The notes under the pieces: generated by a model
What the model was told of the DNA's origin: nothing
Databases searched by the model: none
The model's input: the letters and a program-made list of their open reading frames with translations, nothing else
Translations under genes and position numbers: made by a program
Sequence record: OR525701.1
DNA length: 64,000 nt
Direction: 5' to 3' (one strand)
Source of the DNA: Escherichia phage vB-Eco-KMB38
Shown here: positions 19,973-28,355 of the stretch, in pieces
How the letters are laid out: each line of letters begins with the position of its first letter
How positions within the stretch are numbered: the stretch's first letter is position 1

Positions 19973-20968
19973 TCATTCCTTAAGAAGTTTTACTACTTGA
20001 ATAAGATTAGCTCGTTCTGTTTTATTTTTACCGTTTAAGCCCGCTAATCGTGAGATTTCATCATCAGTCTGTTGAATAGTTACATTAAGTTCGTTAATCA
20101 AAGCTTCAAAGTATTTGATTTGCTCAGCATGTTTTGATTCAAATTTCTGAACCGGAATAACGTCTTGGTTTAGTTCATCAATAAGGTCTTTAAGAGCATC
20201 TTCTTGGTTGATATCATATTCAACTTCTTTTATTTCTTCAACGAGCTCGTCTTTATATCTAACGTCTTTTAGTCCTGGTGCTGGTCCTGAAATCTCTTCT
20301 TTAAGAGTGCAAACATATCCAATACGATATCCAGTGCCGTCTCGCTTGATATCAACTTCGTCGATAAATCCACAATGTTTGAGACCAGAGCCGATTAGGT
20401 CAAAATATCCTTGACGACGTCCTTCAAACGTTACACGAACTACTAAGACAGTTTTGCCTGCAACCTTTTGAAGCTCACATTTATAAAAGTCAGTTGAACC
20501 TGAATAACGTGGATGAGTTTTAAAGTTCATCTGACGATATATGCCCATTTGTAAACGTGCTGTTACGGCCATAAAACGTGTTTGGTTCTCGTTAAGATGA
20601 GCAACAATCCATTTCAAAGGCATTTTACACTGTTCACGACCGAACAAATCAGTACGTCCTAGATTACGCAGGATGTTGTTAGAGTTAATCATCGACAGAA
20701 CGTTAAGTTTATTCAGCGCGCTGAAGATTCCATCAGCCATTGATTTTCCGTAGCCTTTACACGCTTTAATAAGCGCTCGCGGTAGATTAGTATAGATTTC
20801 AGACGGCATATGAAAATCAAATTTACTAACCAGTAATTGATGAACTTGGATAGCAATTCGTTCATAATTAAGTGCTCTGCGATCATTATGGTCTTTAAAC
20901 CACACTTTAATCTGTGAAGCACATAAACCGTTAATTTCATGTTTTACCGCATCAGATGTAATGCTCAT
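19973..20968 (-). CDS. hypothetical protein, probable paralog family member 3 (C-terminal coiled coil)
   Basis: 331 aa ORF with own promoter. Confidence 0.6.
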   Translation of the reverse strand: MSITSDAVKHEINGLCASQIKVWFKDHNDRRALNYERIAIQVHQLLVSKFDFHMPSEIYTNLPRALIKACKGYGKSMADGIFSALNKLNVLSMINSNNILRNLGRTDLFGREQCKMPLKWIVAHLNENQTRFMAVTARLQMGIYRQMNFKTHPRYSGSTDFYKCELQKVAGKTVLVVRVTFEGRRQGYFDLIGSGLKHCGFIDEVDIKRDGTGYRIGYVCTLKEEISGPAPGLKDVRYKDELVEEIKEVEYDINQEDALKDLIDELNQDVIPVQKFESKHAEQIKYFEALINELNVTIQQTDDEISRLAGLNGKNKTERANLIQVVKLLKE

Positions 20969-21003
20969 AACTATTTCCTCAGATTGAATTGGAACTCAAA
21001 ACC

Positions 21004-21027
21004 ATTATAACCCGTCCTTGGGTAAAG
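21004..21027 (-). promoter_or_regulatory. sigma70-type early promoter
   Basis: Minus strand CTTTAC-ccaaggacgggt-TATAAT, same spacer element with covarying flanks. Confidence 0.4.
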
Positions 21028-21030
21028 CGT

Positions 21031-21558
21031 TTATGCGTGAACCGACTTTAAACGTTCTTCAAATTTCCGAAGAGTACTAATACGTTCTGCTTTCTGTTTT
21101 GTATAGTTTGCAATACGTTCTGAAGTGAGAGCGTATCGTTCGTTTACTGTTTCTTTCATGAAGTCAGGGATTTCACGAGAAGCTTTAATTTCATCAAACT
21201 TATCGAGTACTGCCTGGTCTTCAGCGATTAAATTTTCGTACATCTCGATATCTTTCTTGATAAACTCGATATCTTCCTGGGTTACTTTGGATAAACGAGA
21301 TGCTTTATCCTTTTTGTACTGCTCGTTAGTTTCACGAGACCAGAATAATGTACGTTTTTTGTTAGTGTTTTTGTAGACTTCCACAATTCCAACCGAATCG
21401 ATGATAACAATCCAATTCCAGCGAGATTTGAAAATCTGACCTCCGTCCACGGTAATCTCGTTACCATAAGCAACGTCATTAAAGAACTTGCTTTGTGCTT
21501 CAGATTTAAATTTACCGTCGTTATAATTTACCAGGTTGAAAATATCTTTAGCGTTCAT
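21031..21558 (-). CDS. hypothetical protein
   Basis: 175 aa ORF with helical C-terminus. Confidence 0.55.
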   Translation of the reverse strand: MNAKDIFNLVNYNDGKFKSEAQSKFFNDVAYGNEITVDGGQIFKSRWNWIVIIDSVGIVEVYKNTNKKRTLFWSRETNEQYKKDKASRLSKVTQEDIEFIKKDIEMYENLIAEDQAVLDKFDEIKASREIPDFMKETVNERYALTSERIANYTKQKAERISTLRKFEERLKSVHA

Positions 21559-21585
21559 GTTTTACCTCCAGTAGTTGATAGGTCT

Positions 21586-21614
21586 ATAATAACATAATCA
21601 TAGACCTTGTAAAC
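21586..21614 (-). promoter_or_regulatory. sigma70-type early promoter with inverted repeat
   Basis: GTTTAC-N17-TATTAT followed by agacctatcaac; arms aggtctat/atagacct flank the -10. Confidence 0.5.
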
Positions 21615-21616
21615 AA

Positions 21617-21904
21617 CTAAAAGAAACTTTTTTCGGTATTTTTTCCACTGAACCAAACCGACTTCGGGATTTTTTGTAATTTTTCAGATTTAAGTTTCTC
21701 TTCCTGTTCTTTCTTATACACATCCTTATCGTACTGGAGCATCTCTATGGCATTCTTTTGCAAACGATCTAAGGTAATTAAGGCTTTAGTTTTTCCTTTC
21801 AAGGAAGAGTCCTGGCGAACCTCCTCGCTATATTGCATTGTAGAACTAACCATACGATGAGCATAGAGTTCGACTGCGGCTTTAATTTTTTGCATAAAAT
21901 CCAT
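21617..21904 (-). CDS. hypothetical protein
   Basis: 95 aa ORF with aaagagga SD. Confidence 0.5.
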   Translation of the reverse strand: MDFMQKIKAAVELYAHRMVSSTMQYSEEVRQDSSLKGKTKALITLDRLQKNAIEMLQYDKDVYKKEQEEKLKSEKLQKIPKSVWFSGKNTEKSFF

Positions 21905-22042
21905 AACATATCCTCTTTGATTTGTACATCATTATTTTTAAATATTTCTATGCCCTCAGTAGGTTCCTGGTGTCCTTCTTTGAGGTAAGCCATATGATTA
22001 TTCATCTTTATGGCTTTTGTTACCTCAGAACTTCCTATAAGC

Positions 22043-23023
22043 TTATTTCAGTAAAGTTACTTCAGAGATTTCCTCCCAACCATCTTTATCAGTTGAAATA
22101 AAATCTGCTACATAAAGAGCCGTACGTAATGACACATTGCGAAGACGAGATATGTTAGCCTTCATCCAGGACAATGCTTTATACGTTTCTGCATCCGTCA
22201 GACCACGTTTCTGCATCATGTCAGTAGATAATATTACATCTTCAACTCGAACCATAATCTCTTCATTAGAGTGTACTCCAAGGTCAAGATACACTGAACG
22301 AGATACTAAAGCTTGAAGGTGTGGAGCAAGTTTCGAACCACGTTCTAACTCTTTATCGATATCAACGTTTGTAATGAAAACGATAGTACCTTCAAACTCA
22401 AATTCTTTATCAATACCCTTATCATCAAGATAAGATGATGCAGTGCTCCAGCAAACTTTGCGTTTATCACCAGTATCTAATGCTGCTTTAAGAAGGTTCA
22501 AGATATCCATATCCGAGAATACGTCAACGTCGTCGATTAAGAGAACGCTGTCTGCATCACGGTTGAGCCAAAGTTGTTCGTAAAGGCCAATACCTGAGAT
22601 TTTACCATTAATGCTTTTGTATTTGATGAAACCGTTATCATTAGCATTATTAAGCGCTCTATCCAGAGAATACGTCTTACCAATACCGGCTGCACCTGAA
22701 ATAATGAGTGAACGAATTTTGCCATCGATAATGCCATTCGTCATCATGTTCATTACTTTAAAGCGTTTGTTGATACGAGTTTTCATATCTTCAGTGCTTT
22801 CAACAACTGCAACTGGTGATGTCTCAGCTCCTTCCATTACGATATCTGATTTGAAGACCCATACTCCACGTTCAGAACCATCAATCATAACGAAAATTTT
22901 ACCGTCACCTAAGTGGGAACATTCAGGATTAAGCTTTGCCGGGAACCAGGTCTTTGTGGCAACATAAGAACCGGAGATTTCGTTATTACGATAGATACCT
23001 TTTTTGATTTGAACGTTGAACAT
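22043..23023 (-). CDS. P-loop AAA+-type ATPase, function unknown
   Basis: Walker A GAAGIGKT, Walker B VLLIDDVD, sensor-like FITN; start set at second ATG (MFNVQ) which has a ggaga SD. Confidence 0.65.
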   Translation of the reverse strand: MFNVQIKKGIYRNNEISGSYVATKTWFPAKLNPECSHLGDGKIFVMIDGSERGVWVFKSDIVMEGAETSPVAVVESTEDMKTRINKRFKVMNMMTNGIIDGKIRSLIISGAAGIGKTYSLDRALNNANDNGFIKYKSINGKISGIGLYEQLWLNRDADSVLLIDDVDVFSDMDILNLLKAALDTGDKRKVCWSTASSYLDDKGIDKEFEFEGTIVFITNVDIDKELERGSKLAPHLQALVSRSVYLDLGVHSNEEIMVRVEDVILSTDMMQKRGLTDAETYKALSWMKANISRLRNVSLRTALYVADFISTDKDGWEEISEVTLLK

Positions 23024-23061
23024 TTTATTCTCCAATTTACTCATTTCGTTTCGATAGGTCT

Positions 23062-23090
23062 ATAATAACATATCCTAAAAGCATGTACAC
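23062..23090 (-). promoter_or_regulatory. sigma70-type early promoter
   Basis: GTGTAC-N17-TATTAT-agacctatc on the minus strand upstream of the ATPase gene. Confidence 0.45.
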
Positions 23091-23137
23091 TACTTTTTAA
23101 AAATATTTTGACCCCCTAAAGGGCCCGAAGGCCCTTA

Positions 23138-24127
23138 TCATTTATAGTATGAATTGTGGTTTTCTAAGTAGACTTGCTCAAGGAAGTCATCCCAGAAACT
23201 CATATCTACTTTTTGCTGCATACCGTTCTTAGCAGCTTGTTCTGCCGCATGTTCAACTTGGTCAACGATATCTTCTAGGAATTCTTGTACAGTTTTAAAT
23301 GTATGTTTACCAAGCTTAACATCGAGAATAAATGGAGCATCCTTAAGCGGGTAAACCAGGTCGCCGGTTTTGTAAATTTCTAAGAGCTGAAGTCCACCAC
23401 GGCATGCATGACTCAATGCTTTCCAATCAATACCTTCATTGGCTTCTGCCTTACGAGCACGTTCACCGTAGTTCTCTTCAAGTTTAACCAGGATGGCATT
23501 GAACTCTTTATTGGTTAACGTATCTTGGAATTTACGGTCCAACAGACTATAGAATGTTTGCTTACCTGTTTTCTCGTTTTCAGTTTCAACCCATGAAGCA
23601 AATTCACCTACAGGCAGAACATTCTTCATATGTGATAAACGAATTACTGCACCATTATCAAAGTATTGTCCCCATTCATTAGAACGTTTAAGGGCTTGGC
23701 GGAGAACAGCCAGACGAGAACCCTTGACACCGTATTTAGAAGCTTGCTTACGGACGTACCCTAAATAAGATTTCATGTTAGTGGTATAGAAACGAGACCT
23801 GTTATCTTGAATATACTTCCATACATCAGGCAAATCAGATTTAACTACTAGACTTGGTGGAGTGTGAAGCATATCTAATGCGACGGTTTCACCATCTGCA
23901 GCTAGTTTAAAGAAATATTTGAGACTATACAACTCGTGGTCAATATCATCTTTAGTGTTTTTAGATGATGTGTTATTCGTGTTCTTGCTCATGTGTTCTT
24001 TAACATTACCGGTCAAGATATCACGAGCGTGAGGGACATAAATTTCTTTAAAATCGACGTCAGATTCAGGAGTAGACGTTCCATAAAGGTGGCTACCAAA
24101 GTAGCCTTTCATAATTGTTTTCATCAT
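23138..24127 (-). CDS. Pol-beta-superfamily nucleotidyltransferase-fold protein, function unknown
   Basis: N-terminal GSHLYGTSTPESDVDF (G-S...D-x-D) then ALDMLH acidic strand and helical C-terminal half; ATGA stop-start overlap with upstream membrane ORF. Confidence 0.6.
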   Translation of the reverse strand: MMKTIMKGYFGSHLYGTSTPESDVDFKEIYVPHARDILTGNVKEHMSKNTNNTSSKNTKDDIDHELYSLKYFFKLAADGETVALDMLHTPPSLVVKSDLPDVWKYIQDNRSRFYTTNMKSYLGYVRKQASKYGVKGSRLAVLRQALKRSNEWGQYFDNGAVIRLSHMKNVLPVGEFASWVETENEKTGKQTFYSLLDRKFQDTLTNKEFNAILVKLEENYGERARKAEANEGIDWKALSHACRGGLQLLEIYKTGDLVYPLKDAPFILDVKLGKHTFKTVQEFLEDIVDQVEHAAEQAAKNGMQQKVDMSFWDDFLEQVYLENHNSYYK

Positions 24128-24597
24128 TTAGCCTTATATTCAAGGGTAGGACAGACTTTTTCTTTACGAGCTTTAAGGTATTCACCTATTAATGATTTCT
24201 TACGTTCAATAGGCCCAAGTCCATTTTTAATTCGTTCTTGGTTTTGTGCAATGAGCTCAATTTCTTTATAATATTTTCTGTCGTTATATTTGTCTAACAA
24301 CCAAGATGGACCAATTACCGCCCCGACAGCAATAAGAACCATTACTGATATTGTTAAAATGCCTATACCAATTGAGGCTGGAACTAATGTCCATAGACTG
24401 CTAAAAACAAAGAATTTAGTTAAAATTTCCTGGCCAATGATTGTGGCTGCTGCTAAAATCGCAAATCCAATAATCGAAACAGCTAATACCGGAATAAACG
24501 TTTTCCAAAAATAAGCACATAATGTTTTCGGACGATTCCATGTACTATTGAATGCGGCATAAATTTTATAGTGCCAAGAGTTTTCATTGATAATCAT
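24124..24597 (-). CDS. hypothetical membrane protein
   Basis: 157 aa, two to three hydrophobic helices, basic C-terminal tail. Confidence 0.5.
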   Translation of the reverse strand: MIINENSWHYKIYAAFNSTWNRPKTLCAYFWKTFIPVLAVSIIGFAILAAATIIGQEILTKFFVFSSLWTLVPASIGIGILTISVMVLIAVGAVIGPSWLLDKYNDRKYYKEIELIAQNQERIKNGLGPIERKKSLIGEYLKARKEKVCPTLEYKAK

Positions 24598-24606
24598 AAT
24601 AATTCC

Positions 24607-25137
24607 TTATTTCAAAGTTGGGATAATAGAATCAAGATAAGCTTTAAGAGCAACTGCTTCATCTTTGTCTAATGCAACGATATGTTGACGAAGGTCATCA
24701 ATTTGGCGAATAACTACAACATCACCATCTTCATAAGAAGGATTAACACTCAGGACTGTTGTATAGTCAGGGTTGTCCGGATTTGTAATAAAAGCATTAC
24801 GGCATTTAGCCCATTGAAGTTTGGCCTTTTTGGCTGTTTCAGATTCCATGAATTCTTTCACTTTAGTGACGAATGTTTTCCAATTATTAATAGAAAAACA
24901 TTCGTCTTCTGTTTCGATATTAACCCCACTATAAAGTCCATGATAAAAACGAACTTGAAGGTCTTCGTTAATGTTAATTACAGATGCATGGCCTGGTGGA
25001 TTGAGTTTCAAAATCTTGTCCAGTTCCATAGGAAGAATAGTAACCGCATCATCTTCTTGTGTCAGAACGTAAGCATACCCGCGTTTTTCAATACATAAAT
25101 CACCAAACAACTCAGTCGTTTCAATTACAGTTTTCAT
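24607..25137 (-). CDS. hypothetical protein
   Basis: Start at MKTVIETT ATG; track start is a TTG. Confidence 0.5.
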   Translation of the reverse strand: MKTVIETTELFGDLCIEKRGYAYVLTQEDDAVTILPMELDKILKLNPPGHASVININEDLQVRFYHGLYSGVNIETEDECFSINNWKTFVTKVKEFMESETAKKAKLQWAKCRNAFITNPDNPDYTTVLSVNPSYEDGDVVVIRQIDDLRQHIVALDKDEAVALKAYLDSIIPTLK

Positions 25138-25138
25138 A

Positions 25139-25318
25139 TTATTCACCAATTAAAGTTTCAACAAAATTCACCAAATCATTCTGACAAGCATCAACCTGAT
25201 TTTCATAAAAGTCTACGTTATCATTTACCGCGTGATAAGCTACATCATTCAAATCTGAATCGGCTTCACGTAAGTCACGGATAAGGTCCATCAATTTATT
25301 AGCTTGTTCACGGGTCAT
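25139..25318 (-). CDS. small hypothetical acidic protein (59 aa)
   Basis: MTREQANKLMDLIRDLREADSDL...; stop overlaps next start (TAATATG); below track cutoff. Confidence 0.3.
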   Translation of the reverse strand: MTREQANKLMDLIRDLREADSDLNDVAYHAVNDNVDFYENQVDACQNDLVNFVETLIGE

Positions 25319-25483
25319 TTTACCATACTCGCTTCAATAAGATTCACTATGCCGTTTACCATGTTATAAGTAAACATTGGATAATTGTATTGTACTACAA
25401 CATAAGCGATAAGCAAAAGTTTCATTTTGTTCTCCATTTGTTTTTGGTAGGACTACTATAACACAGTCCTACCAAGATGTAAA

Positions 25484-25717
25484 CTACCGATTGTGTTTTA
25501 AATGTTGATAAAGTTCTTCAACTTGTTTAGGGTCCAAAACAATTAAGTCATTTTCTTGACGAAGATAAATCCATCCCTTATCCCCAGGACCATTTTTACA
25601 AAACATCACCACCGTATCATCATCTTCAGCGCTTTCAGGTAAAAGTTCAAGTACACCGTCTTCAGATTTTCCAGTATAATCGTAAAGCATAATATCCTCA
25701 CATAATCTCGTTAACAT
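25484..25717 (-). CDS. hypothetical protein
   Basis: 77 aa ORF downstream of a promoter at 25455-25484. Confidence 0.45.
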   Translation of the reverse strand: MLTRLCEDIMLYDYTGKSEDGVLELLPESAEDDDTVVMFCKNGPGDKGWIYLRQENDLIVLDPKQVEELYQHLKHNR

Positions 25718-25877
25718 ACATTTGCAATTCGGTGTGCGTATCAGCCATCTTTTTCATAGCTCTGTTAATGTCGATATCACCGTCTTCACACCCATGGGCA
25801 TTTTCCCAATCAGATACAGCGTTAGCATACTCTTCAATCAAAAACATTAACTTAGAAATTTTTTCTTTACGTGACAT
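25698..25877 (-). CDS. hypothetical protein
   Basis: Start at MSRKEK ATG with gaggaga SD. Confidence 0.4.
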   Translation of the reverse strand: MSRKEKISKLMFLIEEYANAVSDWENAHGCEDGDIDINRAMKKMADTHTELQMYVNEIM

Positions 25878-25944
25878 AACGTTCTCCTCTAGTAAGTAAG
25901 GTCTACTATAACACAACCTGAGGAGAAGTAAACTGTTAAATGCA

Positions 25945-25980
25945 AAAAAGCCCCAACCTTTCGGAAGGGGCTTTGATTAG
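25945..25980 (-). terminator. intrinsic terminator, copy 1 of a 36-bp direct repeat
   Basis: agcccc-ttccgaaaggtt-ggggct hairpin (GAAA loop) then UUUUU on the minus transcript; identical 36 nt at 26568-26603. Confidence 0.6.
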
Positions 25981-26534
25981 TTTTTGTAATATCGTAAAGG
26001 GTTGATATGGAATGAAAGCATTGCGCGTGGAATAGGACGACTCAAAAGACTCTTAAGTTTCCAACCACAGTAAACACGCAGATAAAATGTAATACCACCA
26101 ACCTTAAGATAAGGTATAGCAGCGAATAATCCCCATGCAGACTCGTTCCAAACTAAAAGATATCCATGATGTGCCGGATCAGGAGATCCAGATTTAGTTT
26201 CAGCGTTGCCTTTATAGTGCCATTCTGATGAAGCTTCGCGACCTAAAACATGATACGAAAAATTATATGCTTTGTTGCGCCATAACCAAGCTACGCGTTG
26301 AGCATATTTACCTATAACAGGAATTTTACGTATTTTAGACCAACGTTCAACATGACCACGGTCACCATCGATAGGATTATCGTAAGTCATCATCCAGTCA
26401 AAGCCATAAGGTAGTTTACCTGTTTTTTCACTATGGAATGGAACTACAAATGGTGCTAGAATAATTGCTAAAATCGCTGCGATCCAATCTATAGGAACAA
26501 GAACAACCCAACTTATGTATTTTAAAAATTTCAT
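25977..26534 (-). CDS. hypothetical membrane protein, late-promoter driven (T4 rI.1 position)
   Basis: 185 aa, N-terminal TM segment; TATAAATA late promoter 25 nt upstream; flanked by identical terminator repeats. Confidence 0.55.
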   Translation of the reverse strand: MKFLKYISWVVLVPIDWIAAILAIILAPFVVPFHSEKTGKLPYGFDWMMTYDNPIDGDRGHVERWSKIRKIPVIGKYAQRVAWLWRNKAYNFSYHVLGREASSEWHYKGNAETKSGSPDPAHHGYLLVWNESAWGLFAAIPYLKVGGITFYLRVYCGWKLKSLLSRPIPRAMLSFHINPLRYYKN

Positions 26535-26558
26535 ATATCCTCTCTTAGTTTACAAGGA

Positions 26559-26566
26559 TATTTATA
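26559..26566 (-). promoter_or_regulatory. late promoter TATAAATA
   Basis: Exact TATAAATA on the minus strand 25 nt upstream of the 26534 start. Confidence 0.55.
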
Positions 26567-26567
26567 C

Positions 26568-26603
26568 AAAAAGCCCCAACCTTTCGGAAGGGGCTTTGAT
26601 TAG
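26568..26603 (-). terminator. intrinsic terminator, copy 2 of the 36-bp direct repeat
   Basis: Same 36 nt as 25945-25980, immediately after the rI stop. Confidence 0.6.
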
Positions 26604-26902
26604 ATAGATGTAGGCTCTAATTTTATTTTCATGAACTCGGCAAATTGTCTGGCAGTTTTTATGCCTTGTTCCTGGCATTCAAATGCATCATCACAGGGGC
26701 TATTTTTGTAATGCTTTGCCATATACTTATAGAATTTTTCAGAATTCTCGACATTTTGAATTTCGAACAAAGTATATACGTTTTTAATCCCTGATTCCAT
26801 AAAGTTATCAAAGTACGGGTCAACATATGCAGTGCCAACAATAGGAGTCGTTGCTGCAAAAAACCCCAGCATCGCCACAATGGCTATCGCTCTTAAGGCC
26901 AT
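26600..26902 (-). CDS. rI: lysis inhibition regulator RI (antiholin)
   Basis: MALRAIAIVAMLGFFAAT...VDPYFDNFMESGIKNVYTLFE resembles T4 RI; signal-anchor N-terminus; position next to tk. Confidence 0.8.
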   Translation of the reverse strand: MALRAIAIVAMLGFFAATTPIVGTAYVDPYFDNFMESGIKNVYTLFEIQNVENSEKFYKYMAKHYKNSPCDDAFECQEQGIKTARQFAEFMKIKLEPTSI

Positions 26903-26914
26903 ATAGGCCTCCTG

Positions 26915-27127
26915 TTAATTTTGGCCAGTATTTATTTTTCGCCTTTGGACGGCCTTAACATCTGCGAGGTATTTTTCCAGCTTGCGCTTGCGTGTATAAT
27001 CAGCTTTAGAACCAGTTTGACGGATATCCTCGTTTAAATGAGAAATAGAATGTCCTAATTCTCTTCGGATTTCATCCAATTGGGTTACAGTAAGATTACG
27101 AAGTTGTCTTTCGTTTAATTGCTGCAT
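26915..27127 (-). CDS. hypothetical protein (T4 rI.-1 position)
   Basis: 70 aa ORF with minus-strand TATAAATA 25 nt upstream. Confidence 0.5.
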   Translation of the reverse strand: MQQLNERQLRNLTVTQLDEIRRELGHSISHLNEDIRQTGSKADYTRKRKLEKYLADVKAVQRRKINTGQN

Positions 27128-27151
27128 ATATACCTCTTGGTTAGATATTAG

Positions 27152-27159
27152 TATTTATA
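27152..27159 (-). promoter_or_regulatory. late promoter TATAAATA
   Basis: Exact TATAAATA on minus strand between tk and the 26915-27127 ORF. Confidence 0.5.
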
Positions 27160-27736
27160 ACAACCCTGTCAAATCATTCCAATGCTTCCGGCATAATGAC
27201 ACATATCTATCAGTATCACCAATTTCAATTTGACTGCCATCTGTAATTGGAAGTCCGTCTTCCGTGACTCTAGCTACCATTGTGGCCTTTTTACCGCAAT
27301 GACAGACACCTTTAAGTTCAACAAGCTTATCGGCGATAGCCATTAATGCTTGAGAACCTTCAAATAGATTACCTTTAAAATCTGTTCGTAGTCCATATGC
27401 CATTACCGGCACATTGTATACGTCAACAATACGACTAAGTTGATACACCTTTTCAGTAGTTAAGAACTGAGCTTCGTCAACAAATACACAGTGAATATCC
27501 TTTTGTGCTGCAGCCCATTTATAAAATTCAAAGATATCCATGTCTTTTGTAATTATATTGGCATCCTGACGAATACCAATGCGAGAGACTATTTCACCTT
27601 TTGAATCACGAGTATCAATAGCCGGTTTAAGAACTAATACACCCATGCCACGTTCTTTATAGTTATGTGCGGCAGTAAGTAATGAAGCAGACTTACCTGC
27701 GTTCATTGCTGCATATGTAAAAATTAAACTAGCCAT
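27155..27736 (-). CDS. tk: thymidine kinase
   Basis: 193 aa, P-loop AMNAGKSASLL, DEAQF, C-terminal CHCGKKA...C zinc motif. Confidence 0.9.
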   Translation of the reverse strand: MASLIFTYAAMNAGKSASLLTAAHNYKERGMGVLVLKPAIDTRDSKGEIVSRIGIRQDANIITKDMDIFEFYKWAAAQKDIHCVFVDEAQFLTTEKVYQLSRIVDVYNVPVMAYGLRTDFKGNLFEGSQALMAIADKLVELKGVCHCGKKATMVARVTEDGLPITDGSQIEIGDTDRYVSLCRKHWNDLTGLL

Positions 27737-27745
27737 AAGAGTCCC

Positions 27746-27928
27746 TTATAGTGAATTCACATAGTCAATGAGTTCTTGTTCTTTCCTGTCAAATGATTCC
27801 ATCAATGCTTGATATTCTTCGTCTGTCAAAGGAGCGTATTCATCATACGCACTGGTGGCTGCTTGTTCATCCAATAGGTCATGGATAAGTTCGAACAGTT
27901 TAGTTTTCTCTTCTTTAGTCAATTTCAT
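27746..27928 (-). CDS. hypothetical acidic protein
   Basis: 60 aa ORF. Confidence 0.45.
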   Translation of the reverse strand: MKLTKEEKTKLFELIHDLLDEQAATSAYDEYAPLTDEEYQALMESFDRKEQELIDYVNSL

Positions 27929-28152
27929 TTAGGTTCACCTTCTTTAACGAAATCCGGGTAAGGGTAAAATCCTGAGTAAAACCCTTCACCTTTATGATTG
28001 CTACAACCTTTGTTCGAACAGTAACACCAATAATCAAAATCACAAGCCATTTCGTCATTGCATAAAGCAAAAACTACAGGCCATTCGCATTTTTCGCATT
28101 TAGCACCTGTAAGAATTTTTGTTTGACTCATAGCCATGTCACCTTTAAGCAA
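27925..28152 (-). CDS. hypothetical cysteine-rich protein
   Basis: 75 aa with CEKCEW...C..C.C...C pattern. Confidence 0.45.
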   Translation of the reverse strand: MLKGDMAMSQTKILTGAKCEKCEWPVVFALCNDEMACDFDYWCYCSNKGCSNHKGEGFYSGFYPYPDFVKEGEPK

Positions 28153-28355
28153 TATTCTTCTACATGTTGTTTACGGCCTTTCTTATCAATAAAGGTATAT
28201 TCAACGAATGTTCCGATGTAGTCTTTATCTACATCATGTGGACTATTAATTGGACATTTAGTACGACAAATGCGTTCCCATTGACGAATAATTACTGTCT
28301 TATTCTTTGGGTCATATGGATGTGGATAGTGTATATTCATAACAATGGTTCCCAA
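28128..28355 (-). CDS. hypothetical protein
   Basis: 75 aa ORF. Confidence 0.45.
   Translation of the reverse strand: MGTIVMNIHYPHPYDPKNKTVIIRQWERICRTKCPINSPHDVDKDYIGTFVEYTFIDKKGRKQHVEEYCLKVTWL

Noticed and set aside
21799-22005. 68-aa minus-strand ORF
   Set aside because: Overlaps ORF 21617-21904, which has the better ribosome-binding site; likely spurious or a short upstream peptide.
23119-23134. GC hairpin agggcc-cgaa-ggccct after the NTase gene as a terminator
   Set aside because: No U tract follows and an early promoter lies immediately downstream; more likely an RNA-stability hairpin, so not called as a terminator.
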